DNA of 64,000 nt, from positions 16,231-80,230 of the forward strand of contig CALLXS010000101.1 in NCBI GenBank assembly GCA_937875295.1. The letters are read 5' to 3'. Source of the DNA: an uncultured bacterium (GTDB lineage Bacteria; Bacteroidota; Ignavibacteria; Kapaibacteriales; UBA2268). The notes under the pieces were generated by a model. It did no database searches and had not been told where the DNA came from. It saw only the letters and a list, made by a program, of their open reading frames with translations. A program made the position numbers and the translations under genes. This document shows positions 31,131 through 40,529 of this stretch, piece after piece. Numbering within the stretch: position 1 is the stretch's first letter; every line of letters starts with the position of its first letter.

Positions 31131-31982
31131 ATGACATTTCCTGATTTAAATATAGCCTCGATATTTTGGAATATGGACCCAGCAATAATTAATTCACCAA
31201 TTGCAATTCGCTGGTATGGATTATTATTTGCTTTGGGTTTAATAGCTGCATATCAAATATTAACTAAAGAATTTAAGAAATTACATATCCCACAATATAA
31301 GCTCGATTCTTTAATTTTTTACTTAATTATTGCTGTTGTAGTTGGTGCTCGACTTGGACATTGCTTTTTCTATGAACCAGAAATATATTTAAAAGACCCA
31401 ATTAGAATATTTAATATTCGCGAAGGTGGTTTAGCAAGTCATGGTGCAGCAATTGGAATTATAATTGCGATGATATTATACAATTGGCGTCGAAAAGAAT
31501 TTACTTTTATTAGCTTAGCTGATGTGCTTAGCGTCTCAATCCCTGTAGCAGCTATGGCTGTGCGAATTGGAAATTTTATGAATTCCGAGATTGTAGGAAA
31601 AGCAGCTGATGTGCCATGGGCAGTGATTTTTGCTCGAAATGATTTGATTCCGCGACATCCCGGACAATTGTACGAAGCAATTGCATATTTTTTTATGATG
31701 TTATTGATGCTATATCTTTTCTTTAAAAAAGAAAAGTATAACAAATCGGGATTTTTGAGCGGAGTATTTTTAATTGGTCTATTTACTGCAAGATTTTTAA
31801 TTGAGTTTGTGAAAGAAGTACAAGTAGATTTTGAAACCACAATGTTCCTCCATATGGGACAATGGCTTAGCTTACCATTTATTATTTTGGGTATTTTACT
31901 AATATTATACTCAAGAAATCATTTTAATGATTTCTCTAAATGTACTATAGATACAAAATCAAAGGAAAATAAAAATAAATAA
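31131..31982 (+). CDS. lgt: prolipoprotein diacylglyceryl transferase
   Basis: IRWYGLLFALG, HCFFYEP and ASHGAAIGI motifs. Confidence 0.9.
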   Translation: MTFPDLNIASIFWNMDPAIINSPIAIRWYGLLFALGLIAAYQILTKEFKKLHIPQYKLDSLIFYLIIAVVVGARLGHCFFYEPEIYLKDPIRIFNIREGGLASHGAAIGIIIAMILYNWRRKEFTFISLADVLSVSIPVAAMAVRIGNFMNSEIVGKAADVPWAVIFARNDLIPRHPGQLYEAIAYFFMMLLMLYLFFKKEKYNKSGFLSGVFLIGLFTARFLIEFVKEVQVDFETTMFLHMGQWLSLPFIILGILLILYSRNHFNDFSKCTIDTKSKENKNK

Positions 31983-32674
31983 TGAGAGACGAAAAATCAA
32001 CTGCAATTGTACTATTAAGTGGGGGAATGGATTCTGCTCTTTGCTTAGCTTTAGCCGTCAAAGATAATTATATTCCAGCTACATTACACTTAAATTATGG
32101 GCAACGTACTCAAAAAAAAGAACTCCAAGCTTTTGAAAAATTATCGAATTATTATAATGTAAAAGAAAGATTAGTTGTAGATGTAAATCATCTATCGCAA
32201 ATTGGAGGCTCTAGTCTTACCGATTCTAAAATAAATGTTGCAGAAAATGCTATAGAAGAATCTACAATTAATAATGTTCCAAATTCTTACGTACCATTTC
32301 GAAATGCAAATATTTTAGCTATAGCTGTAAGCTGGGCTGAAGTAATTAATGCTAAGGCAATATATATAGGTGCTTCGCAGGTTGATTTTAGTGGATATCC
32401 GGATTGCAAAGCTGAATTTTTCGATGCCTTTCAAAATGTAATTAATACAGGTACAAAACCTGAAACTAATATAAATATTATAACTCCATTAATAAATTTG
32501 ACTAAAACCGATATAGTCAGAGATTCCTTAAAATTAAATGTTCCAATAGAATATACTTGGAGTTGTTACCAAAATGATGATGAAGCCTGTGGAGTGTGCG
32601 ATTCGTGCTTATTGAGATTAAAAGGTTTTAAAGAAGCAGAATTTCAAGATAAAATTAAATATAAGAGCTCTTAA
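31982..32674 (+). CDS. queC: 7-cyano-7-deazaguanine synthase
   Basis: AIVLLSGGMDSA PP-loop and a C-terminal zinc motif CGVCDSCLLR. Confidence 0.9.
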   Translation: MRDEKSTAIVLLSGGMDSALCLALAVKDNYIPATLHLNYGQRTQKKELQAFEKLSNYYNVKERLVVDVNHLSQIGGSSLTDSKINVAENAIEESTINNVPNSYVPFRNANILAIAVSWAEVINAKAIYIGASQVDFSGYPDCKAEFFDAFQNVINTGTKPETNINIITPLINLTKTDIVRDSLKLNVPIEYTWSCYQNDDEACGVCDSCLLRLKGFKEAEFQDKIKYKSS

Positions 32675-32687
32675 ATAAATATTATTT

Positions 32688-32709
32688 TTATGATTTTATA
32701 AAATCATAA
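32688..32709. terminator. possible weak AT-only hairpin between convergent queC and hrcA
   Basis: ttatgatttta/taaaatcataa perfect palindrome, but with no GC pairs. Confidence 0.3.
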
Positions 32710-32743
32710 TGTGTTAATTTAAATTTATCATTATTGAAATTTA

Positions 32744-33805
32744 TTATTTTGAAGAGATAGTATCTGATACATATTTTACTAAAGAAATCACTTTAGAATA
32801 ATTCATTCTACGAGGTCCAATTAATCCAATTGATCCAGTAGCTTTTCCTAATTTATATGAAGATACTATCATACTAAAATCATCTAAAGCATTATTATTC
32901 ATTTCAGAACCAATTAGAATTTTTACATCAGGATTATATTTACCTGAATTATCAATTACGCTGATTAAGACATCTTCATTTTCTGTGAGTTCCATCAAAG
33001 AACGGATTTTGTAGATATTTTCAAATTCAGGTAAATTTAATAAATTTTGAGTTCCTACAATATGCAATTTATCATTAGTATTATTATTAGAAATAATTTT
33101 ATCAATAGAATCAACGAATAGACCAATAATTGGAGATGAACTATCAATCCCTAGTTCACCGGCAATATATTTATAATGTTGATTGATATAATTATAATCC
33201 TTACCAGCTAATTTTTCATTAATAAATGAATTTAATATGTTAATAGCTTTTTCAGAGACTACGTATGAGATTTCCATAGTAATGGTTTTGACAAAATTAG
33301 AATCAAAAGCTACAACAATTAAAATATGATTACTACTTAATTTAAGTAACTCAATTTTTTTAATAATAATATTTGTCAATTCCGGTACTCTTACAATAGC
33401 TAAATAATGAGAAATTAAGCCCAAAAGCTTGCCTGCATCTTTTAAAATCGATTCATTTGAGCTTTGTTCTAATTCATCAGCTATAGATTTAAATTCATTA
33501 GTAAGCGAAATATCTTTATCAATTAAATTATCTACATAATAGCGATATCCTTTATCTGTCGGAACTCTGCCAGCAGATGTATGTGGATGCGAAATATAAT
33601 CCATTTGTTCTAAATCTGCCATTATATTTCTAATTGTCGCAGGGCTTAGTTTAATATTATTTTCAAGGAATTTTGATAAGTTTCTTGAGCCTATTGGTGT
33701 GGCATTAATAATATATAAATTAATAATAGTACGCAGAATAGATTGTTCGCGTTCATTTAAATCTCTACTAATAGAGCTATCAATATTTAAATCAAATAAT
33801 GGCAA
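32744..33805 (-). CDS. hrcA: heat-inducible transcription repressor HrcA
   Basis: N-terminal winged-helix region LNEREQSILRTIINLYI...ATPIGSRNLSK and HPHTSAGRVPTDKGYRYYVD. Confidence 0.9.
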   Translation of the reverse strand: MPLFDLNIDSSISRDLNEREQSILRTIINLYIINATPIGSRNLSKFLENNIKLSPATIRNIMADLEQMDYISHPHTSAGRVPTDKGYRYYVDNLIDKDISLTNEFKSIADELEQSSNESILKDAGKLLGLISHYLAIVRVPELTNIIIKKIELLKLSSNHILIVVAFDSNFVKTITMEISYVVSEKAINILNSFINEKLAGKDYNYINQHYKYIAGELGIDSSSPIIGLFVDSIDKIISNNNTNDKLHIVGTQNLLNLPEFENIYKIRSLMELTENEDVLISVIDNSGKYNPDVKILIGSEMNNNALDDFSMIVSSYKLGKATGSIGLIGPRRMNYSKVISLVKYVSDTISSK

Positions 33806-33809
33806 TTTA

Positions 33810-34091
33810 TTATTTTAATACGTCTTTATATTTTGGTTCTATTTCAAAAACTCTAGCTGCAAAAGTGCATACTGGAACTATTTTATAATTATTATCTCTT
33901 GCATATTCTACAGATTTAGAGAGCAATAATTTTCCAAGTCCTTTACCTTCGTGTGTAGGATTAACACCTGTATGGAATATAACCATAGTATTTTTATCTT
34001 CGAAATCATAATCTAATTCTGCTATTTGATTTCCATTTTCTTCTAGATAAAATTTACCATTTTTATCATTATATTTATGCTTAATATCCAT
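33810..34091 (-). CDS. small GNAT-like N-acetyltransferase (~90 aa, YjdJ-like)
   Basis: HTGVNPTHEGKGLGKLLLSKSVEYARDNNYKIVPVC, the motif-A region of mini-GNATs. Only a 4-bp gap to hrcA. Confidence 0.65.
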   Translation of the reverse strand: MDIKHKYNDKNGKFYLEENGNQIAELDYDFEDKNTMVIFHTGVNPTHEGKGLGKLLLSKSVEYARDNNYKIVPVCTFAARVFEIEPKYKDVLK

Positions 34092-34180
34092 AATAATTTA
34101 CTTTAAATTCAACATATATTATCTATTTTAATTATTAACGAATGAAGGTTAAAATTATTAATTATATAAAAAAACATCTA

Positions 34181-36949
34181 TTATACATATTTGTAAAAGT
34201 CTCTCAAGGCTTTTCCTGTATATGAATTTTCTACTTTTGCTATTTCTTTTGGGTATCCTTTTGCTACAACTAAGCCACCACCGAATCCACCTTCAGGACC
34301 TAGATCTATTATCCAATCAGAATTAGCAATTACATATAAATTATGTTCAATTACCAAAACGCTATGCCCAGCATTCACTAATTTCCTGAATGCAAGCATT
34401 AATTTATTAATGTCGTCAATATGAAGTCCTGTAGTAGGTTCATCAAAAATAAATAAATTATGTCCGGGAGTGAGAGCTTCAGTATAATTTGCTAATTTAA
34501 TTCTTTGAGCTTCACCGCCAGAAAGAGTAGAGCCGGGTTGTCCTAATTTTAAATAGCCAAGACCAATATTTTTAAGAGGTTCTAATTTTCTTACAATTTT
34601 TTCTTCATTTTTAAAGAATTCAATTGCTTCATCTACAGTCATTTCGAGGACATCTACAATTGATTTATCTTTATATAATATATTTCGAGTTTCTTTTTTA
34701 TAGCGTGTACCTTTGCAGGCTTCGCATTCGAGACGAATATCGGGCAAGAATTGCATATCAATATTTACTGTTCCTTCGCCTTGACATTCTTCGCATCTAC
34801 CACCTGGGATATTAAAAGAGAAATGTCCTGATTTAAAGCCTAATTGCTTTGCAAGCTGAGTATCAGCAAATACATCTCTTATGGAATCAAAAGCTTTTGT
34901 ATATGATACAGGAGTAGAGCGAGAGCTACGACCTATTGGAGTCTGGTCAATCATTTCTAAATTGCTAATATGTTCGTAGCCGGTAATTCCATATATTTCG
35001 CCATTATTAGTTACATAATTTGGAACTAATTTCCTTAATCTTTCATAAAGAAAATCATTAATTAATGTACTTTTTCCGGAACCGCTTACTCCGGTGATAG
35101 TACATAAGCAACCGAGTGGAATTTCTACTTTATCCATTCGTAGATTATTCATTCTAGGTTTATTAATTGTAATAATTTTTTCATTCGAGACTTTATGACT
35201 CGTTATTTCAATTTTCTTTTTTCCTGATAAATAATCAGCAGTAAGAGTTTTAGATTTTAGTAAGCCTTTGAAATCTCCGCTATATTGGATTTCCCCACCA
35301 TTTACTCCTGCTTTAGGACCCATATCAATAATATAATCAGCAGATTTCATTATTTCTGGGTCGTGCTCAATGACTATTACAGTGTTTCCTAAATCTCTCA
35401 ATTCTTTTAAAATTTTAACTAATCTTTCTGTATCGCACTGATGTAACCCTATACTTGGTTCATCAAGTACATAAAGAGTAGTTGTAAGAGCTGATCCGAT
35501 AGCAGAGGAAAGGCTAATTCTTTGTGCTTCTCCACCAGATAATGAATGAGTCAATCTATCGAGGGAGAGATATTCTAAACCAATATCGTTTAATAATTTT
35601 ATTCTATGTACAATTTCTTCTAAAATTTGTCCTGCTACTTCCGATTCATATTTGTTTAATTTTAATTCTGCGAAAAATTCATATAATTTATTTATTGGAT
35701 ATTGAATTATTTCTGGAATATTTTTGCCATTAATGAATACTTGACGAGCAGAAGTCCGTAATCTCGAGCCACCACAGACCCTACAATTTGTATATCCGCG
35801 ATAACGTGCTACTAATATTCTATTACTTATTTTATAATATTGGTCTTCTAATTCTTTAAAAAATCCATTCATTCCTTTATAGCTTTTATCGCCCATCCAA
35901 ATGAAATCTTTTTGTTCGGTGGTAAGTTCATTATATGGTACATTTAGTGGTATATTTGCTTTGCTACATTGGTAAATGAATTTCTGATAATATTGTTTAT
36001 AAGCCGGAGTGCGCCACGGTGCAAATGGATTTGCAGAAAGTGGTTTAGTTTTATCCGGAATTACTTTATCTTCATCGATGCTTATATCTCGCCCGAAACC
36101 CTGACATTTTGGACATGCTCCAAAAGGATTATTAAAAGAAAATAATCTCGGTTCAGGTTGAATATAAACTATTTGGCAATCTGCACATTCAAATTTATTA
36201 CTGAAATGTAAAGTTTTATCCAGATCTAAAAATTTAATTGAAATATTACCATCGCCATTATGAAATGCTGCTTCGATTGATTCATAAAATCTTGATTTTG
36301 AATCGGAATCATCAGAATGAATTACCATTCTATCAACTAGGACATATATATTCTTAGATTTTTTTATGTTACTAATATCATCTTCATTTATATCATAGAG
36401 CTTATCTTTCTTAGCGTCATATATACGAAAAAAGCCAGCTGAGCGAGCGTAAGAAATCTCATCGTTGATTTTCATACTTTCACGGCAAGGATAAAGCACA
36501 TATATTTTTTCGGAATAATATTTCTTAAAAATATCATCTGTTATTGACTGAGGAGTATCATGATGAACCGGTTTTCCACATTCTTTACAGATTGTATGTC
36601 CTATTCTGCCATAAAGTAATCGAATATAATCGTAAATTTCAGTTACAGTCCCTACAGTAGAACGTCCATTTTTGGAAGGTGCTTTTTGGTCAATTGCTAT
36701 AGCTGGAAGAATTCCGGAGATCTTAGTTACATCTGGCTTATTCATTCTATCCAAAAATTGACGAGCATAGGACGAAAGAGATTCTACGAATCTCCTCTGC
36801 CCTTCAGCAAAAACTGTATCGAGAGCTAATGATGTTTTTCCGGAACCGCTCACACCTGTAATTACAGTAAGTTTGCGATGAGGTATTTCTACGTTTATAT
36901 TTTTTAAATTATGGACTGAAGCGCCTTCAATCGATATTTTATTTTGCAT
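34181..36949 (-). CDS. uvrA: excinuclease ABC subunit A
   Basis: Two ABC ATPase modules (GVSGSGKTSLALD / GVSGSGKSTLIND), zinc-finger cysteines, and LSGGEAQR signature twice. Confidence 0.97.
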   Translation of the reverse strand: MQNKISIEGASVHNLKNINVEIPHRKLTVITGVSGSGKTSLALDTVFAEGQRRFVESLSSYARQFLDRMNKPDVTKISGILPAIAIDQKAPSKNGRSTVGTVTEIYDYIRLLYGRIGHTICKECGKPVHHDTPQSITDDIFKKYYSEKIYVLYPCRESMKINDEISYARSAGFFRIYDAKKDKLYDINEDDISNIKKSKNIYVLVDRMVIHSDDSDSKSRFYESIEAAFHNGDGNISIKFLDLDKTLHFSNKFECADCQIVYIQPEPRLFSFNNPFGACPKCQGFGRDISIDEDKVIPDKTKPLSANPFAPWRTPAYKQYYQKFIYQCSKANIPLNVPYNELTTEQKDFIWMGDKSYKGMNGFFKELEDQYYKISNRILVARYRGYTNCRVCGGSRLRTSARQVFINGKNIPEIIQYPINKLYEFFAELKLNKYESEVAGQILEEIVHRIKLLNDIGLEYLSLDRLTHSLSGGEAQRISLSSAIGSALTTTLYVLDEPSIGLHQCDTERLVKILKELRDLGNTVIVIEHDPEIMKSADYIIDMGPKAGVNGGEIQYSGDFKGLLKSKTLTADYLSGKKKIEITSHKVSNEKIITINKPRMNNLRMDKVEIPLGCLCTITGVSGSGKSTLINDFLYERLRKLVPNYVTNNGEIYGITGYEHISNLEMIDQTPIGRSSRSTPVSYTKAFDSIRDVFADTQLAKQLGFKSGHFSFNIPGGRCEECQGEGTVNIDMQFLPDIRLECEACKGTRYKKETRNILYKDKSIVDVLEMTVDEAIEFFKNEEKIVRKLEPLKNIGLGYLKLGQPGSTLSGGEAQRIKLANYTEALTPGHNLFIFDEPTTGLHIDDINKLMLAFRKLVNAGHSVLVIEHNLYVIANSDWIIDLGPEGGFGGGLVVAKGYPKEIAKVENSYTGKALRDFYKYV

Positions 36950-37139
36950 TAATTAACTTGGAAAATATTTAATATATCAAAAAAGAGTAATAAGATTACT
37001 CGATTTAGACATAATTTTATTTTTTGAAAAAATTAAAAATTATTTTGTTCTTAAAATATTATTTAATTCCTTATTTATATTAGAAATTAATTATAGCAAT
37101 TAAAGCATAAATACAAATAAGAAAAAAATAAATGTTTTA

Positions 37140-39545
37140 TTATTGAACAATAATATTATATTTTATTTTTTGTTCGCCGACTGAAATAATTAAGTTATAA
37201 AATCCACGATTTAATGTATTAATTTGAATTTTATAATTACCGGTCTCTGTTAAATTATTTTTATTTAATATTGATTTATTAATTTGAAAATTTGCATTTG
37301 GTACTTTTTTCCCCAATAAATCAATTAATTCAAAACTAATTTCAGGGATTTCTAAATTAGCACTATTACCTTTGTCTATTCCACCAAGTGCGTCAGATTC
37401 CTCAAAAGTGTAGTCAATATTTATTGTAGATTTTGTGGGATTTGGATATGGATAACTTGTAGAAAATATTGTTTTATTTCCGAAATCACGAGTTGCAATT
37501 GTAATTGATAGTCCGCATTTGGTGTCAACAGAGTTACTCCATATTTTGCCATAACCTTCAAGAAAAATTATTTTTTCGCTACAAAGATCGATTAATCTTA
37601 GAGTGTCATTCTGTTTCCCAAAATCTGTCGGCGAATAACAAATAGAAATAGGTTTAATTTCATTAGGTGCAAACTGTAAAGGCAACTGGCTCTGAGGGAT
37701 AGAAAAGGCAAAATTACCATTTAAAGACAATTTGCTTAAAGTAACTTGTTTAGAACTATTATTCTTAATATAAACATCTAAGCAAGATATATCTTTTGTA
37801 TATAAACTATCAAAATAAGCTGTATCAAGATTATTAAAACTAACTAATTCAAAATAGTCATTTTCGAAATCAATATTATAGCTATAAATTTGGCTAGTAT
37901 CAGCACAACCAAGAATATTTTTTGCAATCACATAAATATTTGCTGATTTATCTAATTCAATGCTATTTGCACCAGATGCAATTAATTGATTATTATCTGC
38001 ATCGTACCAATCTACTTCTTGAGGTGTACTATTCGATATAACAGTATGCTTTTTGCCAGTGCAAAGTGTAATATTGAAACTATCTTGAAGTGCTGCGATA
38101 GGCATGGCAATTATATTTACATTTACAGAATCATAATAAATGCATCCAGTAGTATCAGTCCACGCAAAACTTTTCCATCCATTTGTATTAAAATATCGTG
38201 ACGTATTATTATCACCATCGAACCAAGTAATATTATTAATTGGAGAATTAATTGAAACTAATACTGAGTCGCCATCGCAGGCTTCATAAAGAGCATTATT
38301 ATTAAATGTCAAATTAGATTTTGGCATAAGAGTAATTTCAATTGAATTAGAAGTACCGCTATCGCATTCATTTGTAGATGATTTTAAGTAATAAACTCCC
38401 GGTTTATTTACTACAATTTGCTGAGTAGTTTCTCCGGTGTTCCAGATTAAATTCTGATAATTGAGATTTGCTTTAATAATAGCATAATCGCCAGCACAAA
38501 GTTGTACTTTATCAGCTGAAATCTTAGGATTAATTGTATCTGTAATAGGTTTATATTTATATACTCCATTGCCAACTACCCATCCAGTAGTATCATCAAG
38601 AAAATATAAATCATCTAAATGAGCTCCGGGAGAAATTCCACAAAATTTTGGTGTCCAAGTTTTACCATAATCTTTTGTAAAATAAATTGATCTATCGAGA
38701 CCACACACCCAACCAGTACTATCATTTAAAAGAAATGAGCCATAGCAAGCAGTAGGGAAGTCTCTTTGAATCCAATTTTTACCGAAATCAGAAGAAAAAA
38801 CAGCACCACCTCTTGCTTGAGATCCAGCACAACTATAATCATATGGTACTAAGATTGAATTTTTAAGTATTGATAATTCTTCGTGCCAATTATTAGCTTT
38901 GATTTTAGTTATCATACTCCAAGAAGTTCCGTAATTTAAGGTCTGCCACAACATTCCGCTTGATACAGCATATCCAGTACCATTATCGTAAAGAACAATA
39001 TCAGAAAGTTTTGAATCATTAATTGAAAAATTATCATAGTGAACTTGATAAGTCCAAGAATTTCCACCATCAGTAGTTTTAAAGAAATATCTATCAGTGC
39101 AAAATCCCCCCACTAGTACGCCTTGATTTTCATTTATAAAATAAGTACCCCAGAAAGATACATCAGTCCTAGGAGACACATCTCTCCAGCTTACTCCACC
39201 ATTATCGGTTCTATATAAGCGAGAATATCTTACATCTCCTCCTGAAGAACCGACACTTACTACATATCCTACTCTTTCATTTAAAAAAATTATTGATTCT
39301 AATTGTCCAGCATAAGGGATTTGAGAACCCGACCAAGTATTTCCTCTATCTGTGCTACGCAAAAGCATTCCATTAAAACCGCATATCCACGCATAATTTG
39401 GATTCTGCGGCAAAAAGAACACTTCTAACCAATAATTATTAATAAACTGCTGTGGAATTGTTTGTACTTCTTCCCATTGAGAAAATACACTAATTGGAAA
39501 AAGTAAGCAAGCAATATAAAGTATAAATCTATTTGATAATTTCAT
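37140..39545 (-). CDS. BNR/Asp-box repeat beta-propeller protein with C-terminal T9SS sorting domain
   Basis: Signal peptide. Six or more SxDxGxTW repeats (STDRGNTW, TDNGGVSW, TTDGGNSW, NYGTSW, SDFGKNW, TKDYGKTW). C-terminus GNYKIQINTLNRGFYNLIISVGEQKIKYNIIVQ. Confidence 0.75.
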   Translation of the reverse strand: MKLSNRFILYIACLLFPISVFSQWEEVQTIPQQFINNYWLEVFFLPQNPNYAWICGFNGMLLRSTDRGNTWSGSQIPYAGQLESIIFLNERVGYVVSVGSSGGDVRYSRLYRTDNGGVSWRDVSPRTDVSFWGTYFINENQGVLVGGFCTDRYFFKTTDGGNSWTYQVHYDNFSINDSKLSDIVLYDNGTGYAVSSGMLWQTLNYGTSWSMITKIKANNWHEELSILKNSILVPYDYSCAGSQARGGAVFSSDFGKNWIQRDFPTACYGSFLLNDSTGWVCGLDRSIYFTKDYGKTWTPKFCGISPGAHLDDLYFLDDTTGWVVGNGVYKYKPITDTINPKISADKVQLCAGDYAIIKANLNYQNLIWNTGETTQQIVVNKPGVYYLKSSTNECDSGTSNSIEITLMPKSNLTFNNNALYEACDGDSVLVSINSPINNITWFDGDNNTSRYFNTNGWKSFAWTDTTGCIYYDSVNVNIIAMPIAALQDSFNITLCTGKKHTVISNSTPQEVDWYDADNNQLIASGANSIELDKSANIYVIAKNILGCADTSQIYSYNIDFENDYFELVSFNNLDTAYFDSLYTKDISCLDVYIKNNSSKQVTLSKLSLNGNFAFSIPQSQLPLQFAPNEIKPISICYSPTDFGKQNDTLRLIDLCSEKIIFLEGYGKIWSNSVDTKCGLSITIATRDFGNKTIFSTSYPYPNPTKSTINIDYTFEESDALGGIDKGNSANLEIPEISFELIDLLGKKVPNANFQINKSILNKNNLTETGNYKIQINTLNRGFYNLIISVGEQKIKYNIIVQ

Positions 39546-39662
39546 AAAATATTTTTATATGTTATTTAATTAATAACGAATAACCTCTTGAAAAGTTTTT
39601 TTTATAAGGGCAATTCATTAAAATTTAAATGATTGCTTGCAATAATTTATTTAAGTTTTAAA

Positions 39663-40517
39663 TTAATCCTCAACTAATTTAATTGCTTCGTACTTTTCGC
39701 AAGATTCTACACATTTCCCGCAATCTACACATAGAGTAGAATCTATTTTGGCAACATGATTATTATATTTAATGGCATCGTACTTTTCGCAAAATACTTT
39801 GCAGTCACCGCAAGAAGTACAAATATCTTGATTAATGGTAGGTTTTGCATAATCTAATGGATATAGCTTTGAAATTGCATTAAATTCATTACATTCTGCT
39901 AAACAAAGTCCGCAGTGATTACACAGCTCTTCATTTTTTGTAACTTTTGCTGGATTAATGGCTTCAAATGGGCATTTCCCCACACATTTTCCACATTTTG
40001 TACATTTAGATAAATCAATAATACATTTATCTTTTATCGTAATTGCACCAAATTCACAAGCTAATTGGCACTGATGATGGCAGTTAGTAGGTTTGCACTT
40101 ATTACGTATGGAATAAGTTTCTTTGGAATATGATATGCAATTCCCTTCGTTTATACATTTTTCTATACATTTACCACAACCTATACATTTATCCTCTAAA
40201 ATATTATAAGTGGGAGTGGAGATAAATATTGCTTTATCTTTGCATTGGGGTTCGCAAGTGCCACATTCAATGCATAGGTCTTGATTTATAAAATATTGTG
40301 TTTTTTGAGGCAAAAGGATTGCTTTATAATAGCAACTTTCTACACAATCACCGCACCCAGTGCATTTATCTTCGATAATAGCATATTTAGTTCTAAATGG
40401 ACTTAATACATTTTTTGTACAAGAACTCATAAATAAACTACCTGAGCATATTCCTATACCTAAAATTCCACAATCTTTTAGGAATTTTCTTCTGTTATTA
40501 ATTGATTTATTTTCCAT
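39663..40517 (-). CDS. Tat-signal polyferredoxin with about 7-8 [4Fe-4S] cluster motifs
   Basis: N-terminal NNRRKFLKDCGILGIGI twin-arginine motif. Seven canonical CxxCxxCxxxC(P/E) motifs plus one degenerate Cys cluster. Confidence 0.8.
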   Translation of the reverse strand: MENKSINNRRKFLKDCGILGIGICSGSLFMSSCTKNVLSPFRTKYAIIEDKCTGCGDCVESCYYKAILLPQKTQYFINQDLCIECGTCEPQCKDKAIFISTPTYNILEDKCIGCGKCIEKCINEGNCISYSKETYSIRNKCKPTNCHHQCQLACEFGAITIKDKCIIDLSKCTKCGKCVGKCPFEAINPAKVTKNEELCNHCGLCLAECNEFNAISKLYPLDYAKPTINQDICTSCGDCKVFCEKYDAIKYNNHVAKIDSTLCVDCGKCVESCEKYEAIKLVED

Positions 40518-40529
40518 TTTGTTTTATTA

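Noticed and set aside
29007-31840. Antisense ORFs 29007-29468 (in kdsD) and 31439-31840 (in lgt)
   Set aside because: They lie opposite conserved enzymes and no family resemblance was seen.
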